A DNA stretch of 64,000 nucleotides from Chthoniobacteraceae bacterium (GTDB taxonomy: Bacteria > Verrucomicrobiota > Verrucomicrobiia > Chthoniobacterales > Chthoniobacteraceae): positions 57,251 to 121,250 of the forward strand of contig JANNXQ010000195.1 in the NCBI GenBank assembly GCA_031409655.1, read 5' to 3'. Position 1 is the stretch's first letter; the number at the start of each line of letters is the position of its first letter. Position numbers and translations under genes: made by a program. The notes under the pieces were generated by a model. The model ran no database searches, was not told the DNA's origin, and saw only the letters and a program-made list of their open reading frames with translations. Positions 18,606 to 27,300 of this stretch are shown here, one piece after another.

Positions 18606-21600
18606 CTAGCCGCGCGTCGCGAGTTTTGCGCCAGCCTGTTCGAGCCAAGCCGCGTCGGGCATGGCGTAGGGGCGGAAGGTTTCGAGGGTGCCTTCCTGTT
18701 CGTTGGCGAGCAGGGCGCGGTGCAGGCCGAGGGTGGCGGCTTTCGGCGTATCGATGAGGCTCGCGGAGTCGTTGGCGCTCATTTGGAAGATGACCCGCAT
18801 TTCAAATTCGCTCAGCGCCTTCCGGCTCATTGCGCGGTTTACGTTGTTAAACGTATCGACGGTCGCGAAGAGATGCAGCCCGTGCGCGCTGCCTTCGGTG
18901 ATGAGTTCGTTGAACTGGGCGCCGGGGTTGCCGGTGCTCTCTTCGTCGCCGGACGAAAAGCTGAAGTCATCTTCATGCCGGAGCTTCTTGAACTTCTGCA
19001 GGCCATGGATGAACAGGAAGACCGCAGGCTCGTTGCGGGAGGATTCTCCGGCGGCGTTGCGAGTCTTCAGATCCGCGGCGAGTCCACCCATCACCTCGGC
19101 AGCATCGTGACCCCGCGCCAGCGTCAGGCGGCCGGGAAGGGCGGCGGCGAGTTGGTCGATAAAGGTGGCTTCGGGCGTCTCGGGATTCGCACCGTGGAGC
19201 AGGATGAACCTCGCGGTCCCGGCGGGATACTGCGCGGCGAGTGCGACGATGGAGACGCCGATCAAAGTCAGCGCGTCGTCGTCGCGCTGACCGACAAGGA
19301 GCAGGTGATTGCCGCTCTGCCGCTGAAAGACCGCTTCGGTCGGACCTTTGATGGAATTGGGCGCGCCGAGCCAGCAGCGACCCACCGCGGGCGCGGTAGT
19401 CGGTTTCGATTCGAGGGCCGCGCGCAAGCGTTCATTCTCGCGGATGTCGGCCGGTGAATTACCTTCGAAAACGATCGGGCCTGGGTGCTGATCGTGATGC
19501 TGCTCGGCGAGTGCGCGCACCTTGTCGAGCCACTGATCGCGCTCTTCATCCGGCAGCCACACGACCTGGAAGGGGCTGTTCCCCTCGACCGCACCGGAGG
19601 CGTCGTTGTAGATGCCTTCGCCCGGTCGCGAGAGGAGGCGCGGCGCGGAATTATTGTCATCCATGATGAGATAGGCGTCGGCTTCGTTGCATTGCAGGGC
19701 CACGCGGATGGCCATCTGACCGAGCGTTGCGCGGGCGAGCGTGTAAGCACCGCCCAGGGTCTGCGAGCCGAGGATCACATGGATGCCAAAGGCGCGGCCC
19801 TGACGCACGATGCGATCGAAGAGCAGCGCGGCGCCTTGCGAGACGTTGTCGTCCTCAACGAAGAACTCCTGGAATTCATCGATCATCAGCAGCGAGCGCG
19901 GCATCGGTTCGGCCCCACCCTCGCGCTTGTAGCCCGCGAGATCCTGCACGCCGAGTTTGCGGAAAATGTCTCCGCGCCGTTTCAACTCATCGTCCACGCG
20001 TTGCAGCACACTGAGCGCAAATTCCCGGTCGCTTTCAATGGCCACGACGCGCGCATGCGGAAGGCGTTTCGTGGCGTAGCACTTAAATTCCACGCCTTTC
20101 TTAAAGTCGATGAGGTAAAACTCCACCTGCTCGGGACTGCACGCGAGGGCGAGGTTCGTGATGATGACGTGGAAGAGCGTGGATTTTCCTGAGCCCGTCT
20201 TGCCGGCGAAAAGCGCATGCTGGCGCGTGCCTTTGCCGATCGCGAGATACTGCAATTTCGTCGCCCCGGTGCGGCCCACGGCGATGCGCAGTTCGGTGGT
20301 CGTGTCGTGCGTCCACATCTCCTCGGGCTTCGGCGCGATCTGGAGGAAAGGCACCTCGACGCGATTCGAGTCGATGCTGGCTTTGCCGATCTTATGGACG
20401 AGCGCAACGGCGAGATCGGCGTCGGGAGGGGCATCGAGCGCGGCCGTGGCCGTGATCGCGGAGTGCGTGGTCTGGACCACGAGCGCGTCGCCCTGACGGC
20501 GGAGGCAGACGCTGCTCTTGCGGAGTTCAGCGGCGACGAAACCATCCGGCATCGACTGCCGCGGATCCCAATGGATGAGCGTGAAGACGCCGCAGCGCGG
20601 ACCGCTGGCGGCGATGCTTTGCAGACGTTTCACCGCGGACTCGCTGAAGCTTGCGGGGAAATCCGCGACGACGAGAAAGTGATATTTCTCCGCCACGCTG
20701 CCTGCCTTGGCATTGTACTCCGTAATCGTGGCGAACTCATTGCGGAGATACATCTGGATGACTTTCTCGATGTGTTCATTGAGGTCGTCGAGCCGCTCTT
20801 CGATTTGCTCGCGCTGCGTCCAGATGCGGCGGTTGATGAGGCTTTCCTCGTGATCCCCGAGATGCATGAGTCCGGCGAAGTTTTGGCCGAGCCCGACGGG
20901 ATCGATGATCGTGAAGCTGAGCTTCCCCGGCGGCGTGGTGGCGAGCAGGCGGAGGATGGAGTTGTTGATCGTCCCGACGACCGAGGGCTCGCTCGAGTCG
21001 TTCGTTTCAAAGAGGAGCGAACCTTCTGCCGGGAAAGAGAGGGCGAGGGGAATGGAGACGCGGGGCCCGCCGGGCAGGCCGAGGCGGGGATCCTTGGGGC
21101 CGGGCGAAGCGGCCTGCGTGAGGTCGAGTTCCAGCGCGCCAAATTTCACCGCGGGAGCGAAAGCCGTCGGTGCCTTCCATGCTTCCACCATCTCCGAATC
21201 CCACGCTGGGAAGCGCCCCTCGGTCCCCGCTTTTATCTCCTCGATCGCGGCATGCACCGGGAGGATCTCGCGCTGCCAGTCCGCTTCGAGCGCGCCCCAG
21301 CGGGCGGCTTCATCGGCAGCAAAGGCCGCGAGGTCCGCCGCGTGCGCTTCGCTGAGCGTCGTGCGCCGGGTGTCGCTGGCGCTCTGGATCTCGCCGAGCG
21401 CCGCGGTGCGTCCCTCCGCGAGCGTCGTGATTTTCGGCGCGAGCATCTGTTCATTGCGGGCAAAGGCACCGGGGAGTTGCTGCCGGAGTTTTTCCCGCCG
21501 AGCGGCGGCAAATTCACGCTCGAGGTCATCGGCGCGATTCCACTCCTCCTGGATTCCCTGCGCGAGGGCATCGTGCTCCTCCTGGAGGCGCTGCCGCTCC

Positions 21601-22511
21601 GCTGCGTGATGCGCCGTGGCCTCCGCGGCACTCGCATCATGCGCCCGCACGGCCATCCCGAGCGCACCCGCCAGCTCCGAAGCCGTGGCTTTCGACTGAC
21701 TGAGCCCGATCCGGTGAATGAGGACGACGAGGATGATCGCAACGAGCGTCGCTCCACCAGCGATCATCGGCGCGTCGGGATTTGCCCGCAGGACGAGCCA
21801 GACGATCAACCCCACGACGGCCAGGATCGGGAGCACCGCCGGGAGCGGCGCGTAGCTAAAGAGACGCGGCAGGGCGAAGCGGCGGAACTGGCCCAGCTTC
21901 TCCTCCGCGACCGCGAGCTGACTCTTGAGTTCAGTGAGTGAAGCCTGGTGATCGCCCGTGCCGATGGGCCCGCCCGCCGGCGCCGTGCGTTCACTGCGCA
22001 GCATCTTCTGAAAGGAACTGCAGCCGCCAAAAGCATTCCACGCGCGCTGCTCGAGCTTGCCATGCGCCGTGCGCTGCTCGCCGAGCCGCGCGACGAATTC
22101 CGCAAAATTCCCGTCCTCCGCCTTCAAGTCCACCGGCAGCGCCTTTTCCGCGCGGAAGTGCCGCATTTGCAGCCCGGTGAGGTACTTCTCCTTTTCATGC
22201 TGCGCCCGGGTCTTGAGCTTTTGCATGCTGTTCGTGTGCTTCTGCTGGATGCCCATCCGCCGTTCCTCGTGAAAGGCCCGGACGCGCGTTTCCTCCGCCG
22301 TCACGCCCTCCTCGGTCTCGGCGACCTGCGCCGCGAGCCGGGTCTCGAGGGCCGCGAGCGCCTCCCGGTTTCGCCGATTCAGCGCGGAACGGCGGATGTT
22401 CAGGTCGCGCGTCAGTTGCTCCTCGCGTTGGGCAAACTCCGCCGCGGTCAGTTTCAGTTTTCCGAAGAGGTCGAGACTCCGGGTGACTCGTAGGTCGATG
22501 TCGCTATTCAC
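18606..22511 (-). CDS. FtsK/SpoIIIE-domain membrane ATPase (EccC/EssC-like)
   Basis: Coiled coils, two TM helices, Walker A AGKTGSGKST, 'FYLIDFKKGVEF', Walker B LLMIDEFQ, 'RQGRAFGIHVILGSQ'; degenerate ATPase-like domains on both sides. GTG 22511 overlaps upstream stop. Confidence 0.92.
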   Translation of the reverse strand: MNSDIDLRVTRSLDLFGKLKLTAAEFAQREEQLTRDLNIRRSALNRRNREALAALETRLAAQVAETEEGVTAEETRVRAFHEERRMGIQQKHTNSMQKLKTRAQHEKEKYLTGLQMRHFRAEKALPVDLKAEDGNFAEFVARLGEQRTAHGKLEQRAWNAFGGCSSFQKMLRSERTAPAGGPIGTGDHQASLTELKSQLAVAEEKLGQFRRFALPRLFSYAPLPAVLPILAVVGLIVWLVLRANPDAPMIAGGATLVAIILVVLIHRIGLSQSKATASELAGALGMAVRAHDASAAEATAHHAAERQRLQEEHDALAQGIQEEWNRADDLEREFAAARREKLRQQLPGAFARNEQMLAPKITTLAEGRTAALGEIQSASDTRRTTLSEAHAADLAAFAADEAARWGALEADWQREILPVHAAIEEIKAGTEGRFPAWDSEMVEAWKAPTAFAPAVKFGALELDLTQAASPGPKDPRLGLPGGPRVSIPLALSFPAEGSLLFETNDSSEPSVVGTINNSILRLLATTPPGKLSFTIIDPVGLGQNFAGLMHLGDHEESLINRRIWTQREQIEERLDDLNEHIEKVIQMYLRNEFATITEYNAKAGSVAEKYHFLVVADFPASFSESAVKRLQSIAASGPRCGVFTLIHWDPRQSMPDGFVAAELRKSSVCLRRQGDALVVQTTHSAITATAALDAPPDADLAVALVHKIGKASIDSNRVEVPFLQIAPKPEEMWTHDTTTELRIAVGRTGATKLQYLAIGKGTRQHALFAGKTGSGKSTLFHVIITNLALACSPEQVEFYLIDFKKGVEFKCYATKRLPHARVVAIESDREFALSVLQRVDDELKRRGDIFRKLGVQDLAGYKREGGAEPMPRSLLMIDEFQEFFVEDDNVSQGAALLFDRIVRQGRAFGIHVILGSQTLGGAYTLARATLGQMAIRVALQCNEADAYLIMDDNNSAPRLLSRPGEGIYNDASGAVEGNSPFQVVWLPDEERDQWLDKVRALAEQHHDQHPGPIVFEGNSPADIRENERLRAALESKPTTAPAVGRCWLGAPNSIKGPTEAVFQRQSGNHLLLVGQRDDDALTLIGVSIVALAAQYPAGTARFILLHGANPETPEATFIDQLAAALPGRLTLARGHDAAEVMGGLAADLKTRNAAGESSRNEPAVFLFIHGLQKFKKLRHEDDFSFSSGDEESTGNPGAQFNELITEGSAHGLHLFATVDTFNNVNRAMSRKALSEFEMRVIFQMSANDSASLIDTPKAATLGLHRALLANEQEGTLETFRPYAMPDAAWLEQAGAKLATRG

Positions 22512-22713
22512 AATCGATGCGGACCTTTCGCAAAAGCCCATCCAGTTCCTCGATCACCGCCGCCGCGCGGGCCAGGTGATGCGGGAGATCCTCCAGATAG
22601 GTGTGTTCAAATTCCCGAGCCTTCACGTCCCGCCACGATTCCTTCGTCTGCTCCCACTCGGCCTTCAGCTCCTTCGCCGCCTGCAGCAGATTCGACGCGC
22701 TCGCCCGGCTCAT
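22504..22713 (-). CDS. Small WXG100-like protein (WxD variant)
   Basis: 69 aa, helical, 'ESWRDVKAREF'; overlaps both neighbours. Confidence 0.7.
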   Translation of the reverse strand: MSRASASNLLQAAKELKAEWEQTKESWRDVKAREFEHTYLEDLPHHLARAAAVIEELDGLLRKVRIDCE

Positions 22714-23222
22714 GATCCGGCGGCCTCCGGCGGGGGCCCCGCGAGCTTCGGCGCCGTCTCCGCGTAAGCTTCCAGCGTCTTCTGCGCCTGCACCAGAAAG
22801 GCGATTCCCTTCGGCAGATCGAAATCGAGCACGAAGCGCAAACTCTCGATTCGTTTCAGCAGCGGCTCCGCAGAGGCGTCAAAATCCCGGGTCCACTTCT
22901 TCACCAGGCGCATCTTTTTCTCCGCGTGATCCAGCGCCTCCTTCGCCTTGCGCACCGCATTCTGCTGCGCCGAGATGTTGTCACGCAGATTGGAAAGTTT
23001 CGCACTTAGCAGCTCCTGCTGCGCCGCATCCAGGAGCTTCCGCTGCTTCCGGATTTCCTGCTCCCAGTGGGTCCGCCGATCATTCTGCAGCCACCCGCGC
23101 GTCCGCCGCACCTCGTCGCCCACCTCATCCACGCTGCGATGCGCGTGACCGAGAAAGATGATGAGATTTGCCCGGAACGCCTCCAGCGCGTCGAGCGACG
23201 TGACATGCGCCTGCGGTGCCAT
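22710..23222 (-). CDS. Helical coiled-coil protein of the WXG100/FtsK module
   Basis: 170 aa, all-helical pattern; 3 bp from upstream stop and ATGA overlap downstream. Confidence 0.8.
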   Translation of the reverse strand: MAPQAHVTSLDALEAFRANLIIFLGHAHRSVDEVGDEVRRTRGWLQNDRRTHWEQEIRKQRKLLDAAQQELLSAKLSNLRDNISAQQNAVRKAKEALDHAEKKMRLVKKWTRDFDASAEPLLKRIESLRFVLDFDLPKGIAFLVQAQKTLEAYAETAPKLAGPPPEAAGS

Positions 23223-23225
23223 GGC

Positions 23226-23498
23226 CTAGCGCTGATCCAGATATTCCTCGATGCGTTGCGCCTTGCGCAGGAGGTAGGGTGTGTGTTTTTCCGACACCTC
23301 GACGAATTTTTTCAGCACCTTCATCGTCGTCAGGAATTCCTCCGCAAACTTCTCCGCATCCTGATCCTGCCAGGTGCTCCCGAGCGCCGCAAAGCGCGCC
23401 TGCAAAGCCCCCGCCCGGACCTGCACGTCGTCATTGAAGCGCTTCAGCTCTTTGGCGAAGCGCCGCACTTCCTCCGGGTCCATGATCGCTTGAGCCAT
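23226..23498 (-). CDS. WXG100/ESAT-6-like protein (W-Q-D variant)
   Basis: 90 aa MAQAIMDPEEVRRFAKELKRF...LGSTWQDQDAEKFAEEF...IEEYLDQR; Trp43 between two amphipathic helices. Confidence 0.9.
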   Translation of the reverse strand: MAQAIMDPEEVRRFAKELKRFNDDVQVRAGALQARFAALGSTWQDQDAEKFAEEFLTTMKVLKKFVEVSEKHTPYLLRKAQRIEEYLDQR

Positions 23499-23678
23499 AG
23501 GGAATATTGCTGGGGTTTTAGGATTCGCTCCAAGGCTACTCGCAGCGTGAGCGCCCGGGATCTTTGCAGGTGGGGAATCTCTATGAACTCCCTGCGAAAC
23601 GCAACGCGCGAGAGCCGCGAGCGGATTGTTGGTTGTCGAAAGGGCAAGACCGGCGATTTTCCCGCCCTTGGAAATTGC

Positions 23679-26423
23679 ATGATCGACGTCCTCTACCAGC
23701 GCGGCCTCGAACTTCCGGCCCACGGGCTCTGGCTCGATCCGTGGGAGGCGCGGCCGTTTGCTTTTGTCTCCCATGCGCACAGCGATCACACCGCGCGGCA
23801 CGCGGAGATCATCGCCAGTGTGGGCACGGCGCGGTTGATGCAGGCGCGCCTGGGTGGCGTGCGGCGGGAGCAAGTGCTGGAGTTTGGGGAGCGGCGGGAG
23901 TTTGGGAATTTCGCGATCACGCTCTTGCCGGCGGGACATATCTTTGGCTCGGCGCAGGCGTTCATCGAGAGCGCGGCGGGGACGCTTTTGTACACCGGTG
24001 ATTTCAAGCTGCGTCACGGACTCTCCGCGGAACCCGCCGAATGGCGGCAGGCAGACACCTTGATCATGGAGACGACCTACGGCCTGCCGAAGTATCGGAT
24101 GCCGCCGACGGAGGAGGTGCTCGCGCGAATGATCGCGTTTTGCCAGGAAACGCTGGAGGACGGTGCGGTGCCGGTGCTGCTCGGGTATTCGCTGGGCAAG
24201 TCGCAGGAGATCCTCTGCGCGTTGCTCGCGGCGGGGCTGACGCCGATGCTGCACGGGGCGGTGTGGAAGATGACGGAGATCTACCGGCAGCTTCGGCCAG
24301 GTTTCCCGACTGGTTACGAACCTTATGCGGCTGGTGAAGTCGCGGGGAAGGTGCTGGTCTGCCCGCCGAGTGCGAATCGGACGGTGATGGTCACGCGGAT
24401 CAAGAATAGGCGGGTGGCCTCGCTGACGGGTTGGGCGCTCGATCCGGGGGCGAAGTATCGGCTGCAATGCGATGCCGCTTTTCCACTCACGGATCACGCG
24501 GACTATCCGGACCTGCTCCGCTACGTGGAACTCGTGCAGCCAAAGCGCGTGCTCACTTTGCATGGCTTTGCGGCGGCGTTTGCGCGGGACCTGCGGGCGC
24601 GGGGAGTGGAAGCGTGGGCCTTGAGCGAGGATAACCAACTGGAACTCGCCTTACCCACGGAGGAGAAGCAGCCGCGGATTTCGCAGATGGCGCGGATTTC
24701 TGAAACGAGCGCCGCACCCGTGTTCTCGGGGCCATCCGCGGTGTCCTTTTCAGCGGTCGCGGAGTTTGCGGCTTTTGCCGAAGCTGGCGAACGCATCGCC
24801 TCGACGACGAGCAAGCTCAAGAAGACGGCCGTGCTCAGCGAGTATCTTCGTTCGCTGGACGCCGCGGCGTTGCCGATCGCGGCGGTCTATCTCACCGGCC
24901 ACGCCTTTGCGCAGGCGGAGGCGAAGGCGCTGCAAGTGGGCGGCGCGGTGATCCGGCAGGCGCTCCTGACCGTGAGTGGCTTGAGCGCAGGGGAGTTTCG
25001 GACTATCTCGCGCACCCACGCAGATGCGGGGAAGACGGCTTACGAAGTGCTCCTCGAGCGCACGACTCCGCAGCCGTTTAGCCTCGTCCAGTCGCGGGAG
25101 TTTTTCGCCGCGCTCCAGGCCGCGCGCGGTCCTTTGGCAAAAGGCGAACTCCTGCAGGCGCGCCTCGCGACCCTCGCGCCGCTGGCCGCGAGCTACGTCG
25201 TCCGGATCGTCACCGGCGACCTGCGCATTGGGTTGAAAAGCGGGCTGGTGGAGGAGGCTATCGCCGCGGCGTTTGACGAGCCAGCGAGCAGCGTGCGCCA
25301 GGCCCACATGCTCACGGGCGATCTCGGCGAAGTGGCCACGCGGGCGGCGCAGCACACGCTCGGCGAGGCGACGTTGCGCCTCTTTCATCCGATCCAGTGC
25401 ATGCTCGCCAGTCCTGAGCCGACGGCGGCGGCGATCTGGGCGCGGCTTTCCGAACTCGATCCCCAGAGCATCACTTCGCCCGCCTGGGCCGAGGAAAAAT
25501 ACGACGGCATCCGCGCGCAGCTTCATGTCGCCGGTGGGCGGGTGGAAATTTTTTCGCGCGATCTCCGCCCCTTGACTGGCGAGTTCGCCGATCTCGCGAG
25601 CGTGGCCGGCCAGTTTGCTCGCCCGGCGATTCTCGATGGTGAACTGCTCGCTTTCGATGACGGTCGGCGGCTCACCTTTTTCGATCTGCAAAAGCGGCTC
25701 GGACGCAAGACGGAGAACGATCTTTTCCTCGCGGCGAGCGCTGTGCCGGTGATCTTCAAAGCCTTCGACTTGCTCTTTCTCGACGGCACGGCGCTGCTCG
25801 ATCGCCCCTTGCACGAACGTCGCACTTTGCTCGAAAGCCTCGCCCTCCCGCCGCGACTCGAGGTCGCGCCCAGATTCGCGGTGGCCTCGGCGGACGAGGT
25901 GGAGGCGGCTTTTGCCGCAGCGCGCAAGCGGGGTCACGAAGGGCTCATCGTCAAAGAATGCGCGAGCCTCTACACGCCGGGGCGGCGGGGTCAGGCTTGG
26001 CTGAAGTTTAAAAAGGAACTCGCCACGCTCGACGTCGTGGTCGTGGGCGCGGAGCAGGGCCATGGCAAACGCAGCCACGTGCTGAGTGACTACACTTTTG
26101 CCGTCCGCGACGATGCCACCGGCGGGCTGCTCACGATCGGGAAGGCCTACTCCGGCCTCACCGACCTGGAGATCGAGGAACTCACGGAACACTTCACGGC
26201 CACGACAGTCGCGCGTCGGGGGAAGTTCCGCGAAGTGCATCCCGAGATCGTCCTGGAGATCGCCTTCGATTCCATCCAGCCAAGCGCGCGGCACGCCAGT
26301 GGACTTGCGATGCGCTTCCCGAGGATCAAAGGCATCCGCCGGGATAAGACGCCCGCGGAGATCGATACGCTGAGTGCGGCGCGGATGCTGGTGGCGGGGC
26401 AAAGGACGAAGGATGAAGGATGA
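23679..26423 (+). CDS. MBL/beta-CASP nuclease fused to ATP-dependent DNA ligase
   Basis: 'SHAHSDH', 'AGHIFGSA', 'YTGDF', 'METTYG', 'TDHADY'; then 'EEKYDGIRAQ', 'LDGEL', 'FDLL', 'EGLIVK', 'WLKFK', 'MRFPRI'. Confidence 0.93.
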   Translation: MIDVLYQRGLELPAHGLWLDPWEARPFAFVSHAHSDHTARHAEIIASVGTARLMQARLGGVRREQVLEFGERREFGNFAITLLPAGHIFGSAQAFIESAAGTLLYTGDFKLRHGLSAEPAEWRQADTLIMETTYGLPKYRMPPTEEVLARMIAFCQETLEDGAVPVLLGYSLGKSQEILCALLAAGLTPMLHGAVWKMTEIYRQLRPGFPTGYEPYAAGEVAGKVLVCPPSANRTVMVTRIKNRRVASLTGWALDPGAKYRLQCDAAFPLTDHADYPDLLRYVELVQPKRVLTLHGFAAAFARDLRARGVEAWALSEDNQLELALPTEEKQPRISQMARISETSAAPVFSGPSAVSFSAVAEFAAFAEAGERIASTTSKLKKTAVLSEYLRSLDAAALPIAAVYLTGHAFAQAEAKALQVGGAVIRQALLTVSGLSAGEFRTISRTHADAGKTAYEVLLERTTPQPFSLVQSREFFAALQAARGPLAKGELLQARLATLAPLAASYVVRIVTGDLRIGLKSGLVEEAIAAAFDEPASSVRQAHMLTGDLGEVATRAAQHTLGEATLRLFHPIQCMLASPEPTAAAIWARLSELDPQSITSPAWAEEKYDGIRAQLHVAGGRVEIFSRDLRPLTGEFADLASVAGQFARPAILDGELLAFDDGRRLTFFDLQKRLGRKTENDLFLAASAVPVIFKAFDLLFLDGTALLDRPLHERRTLLESLALPPRLEVAPRFAVASADEVEAAFAAARKRGHEGLIVKECASLYTPGRRGQAWLKFKKELATLDVVVVGAEQGHGKRSHVLSDYTFAVRDDATGGLLTIGKAYSGLTDLEIEELTEHFTATTVARRGKFREVHPEIVLEIAFDSIQPSARHASGLAMRFPRIKGIRRDKTPAEIDTLSAARMLVAGQRTKDEG
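24671..24741. repeat. 9-bp-period repeat/hairpin in nuclease-ligase linker
   Basis: CGCGGATTT-CGCAGATGG-CGCGGATTT; CCGCGGAT (24672) pairs with ATCCGCGG (24734). Confidence 0.5.
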
Positions 26424-26502
26424 AGAAGGTGGGCCTTTGGCGCAGAATGGATCTCTAATTCCCACTTTCGGTTTCATCCTTCATCCTTCATCCTTCATCC
26501 TT
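26402..26502. repeat. Heptamer inverted tandem repeat (AAGGATG)n ... (TTCATCC)n
   Basis: Left arm 26402-26425 supplies the ligase TKDEG and its TGA; right arm 26473-26502 ends just before the next ATG. Confidence 0.9.
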
Positions 26503-26505
26503 CCG

Positions 26506-27297
26506 ATGGATCGCCTCCTGATCGCGTCCACTTTCTGTTTCCTGTTAGGGTTTGCTTACACCATGCACGCCTTGGGAGCCCGCGTGTACCGGCCTTCCCG
26601 GTTAAACTTCTTCGCCATCCTCGGCGGCTTTCTTTTTCAGACCATGTGGCTCTCGCAGCGCGGCCAGTTGCTCGGCCGCTGCCCGCTCACAAACTTCTTC
26701 GAGGTCCTCATCTTCCTCGCCTGGTCCATGGTCTTGCTCTACCTCGCGATCGGCACCTCCTACCGCCTGTCCCTGCTCGGCGTCTTCACCTCGCCGCTCG
26801 TTTTCCTTTTTCAACTTGGCGCGATGCTCATGGTCCCGGATCATCTGGCAAAGCCGCGCGGCGGGCTCAATCCCTGGCTCGAAGTCCACGCCGCGATCTC
26901 GGTCATCGCCTACGGAGCCTTTGCCCTGGCGGGCGTTGCGGGACTCATGTTTCTCGTCCAGGAGCGGCAACTGAAGACGCGGAAACTGCACTCGATCTTC
27001 CACCATTTACCGCCCATCCACGACCTCGCCATCGCCAATGGGCGCTTGCTCCTGACGGGCTTTGGCCTGCTGGCGATCGGCATCGGCGCGGGCTTTTCCA
27101 TGGGGAATCTCATGGCGCATCGCGGGGCTCTCTACTGGTCCGTGGGCGTCTGGATGCTGTATGGGTTCGTCGTCGCCGCGTGGTGGCTGCGCAAGATCAG
27201 CGGGCGGCGCATGGCGTGGCTTTCCGTGAGCGCGTTTGCCTTCGCGCTCCTGACCCTTGGGGGGCTAATCTCCCTCGGCAAACCGGGTTCCTTCTGA
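26506..27297 (+). CDS. CcsA/HemX-like cytochrome c assembly membrane protein
   Basis: Multiple TMs, 'RCPLTNFFE', 'WLEVHAAISVIAYGAF', 'QERQLK', 'LPPI'; directly upstream of hemA. Confidence 0.8.
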   Translation: MDRLLIASTFCFLLGFAYTMHALGARVYRPSRLNFFAILGGFLFQTMWLSQRGQLLGRCPLTNFFEVLIFLAWSMVLLYLAIGTSYRLSLLGVFTSPLVFLFQLGAMLMVPDHLAKPRGGLNPWLEVHAAISVIAYGAFALAGVAGLMFLVQERQLKTRKLHSIFHHLPPIHDLAIANGRLLLTGFGLLAIGIGAGFSMGNLMAHRGALYWSVGVWMLYGFVVAAWWLRKISGRRMAWLSVSAFAFALLTLGGLISLGKPGSF

Positions 27298-27300
27298 CTG

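Noticed and set aside
23067..23678. N-terminal extension of the nuclease-ligase ORF
   Set aside because: Antisense to the WXG100 genes; the MBL domain starts at ATG 23679
23499..24638. 380-aa N-terminal extension of the WXG100 ORF in the ORF track
   Set aside because: Overlaps the nuclease-ligase gene on the other strand; the WXG100-like sequence begins at ATG 23498
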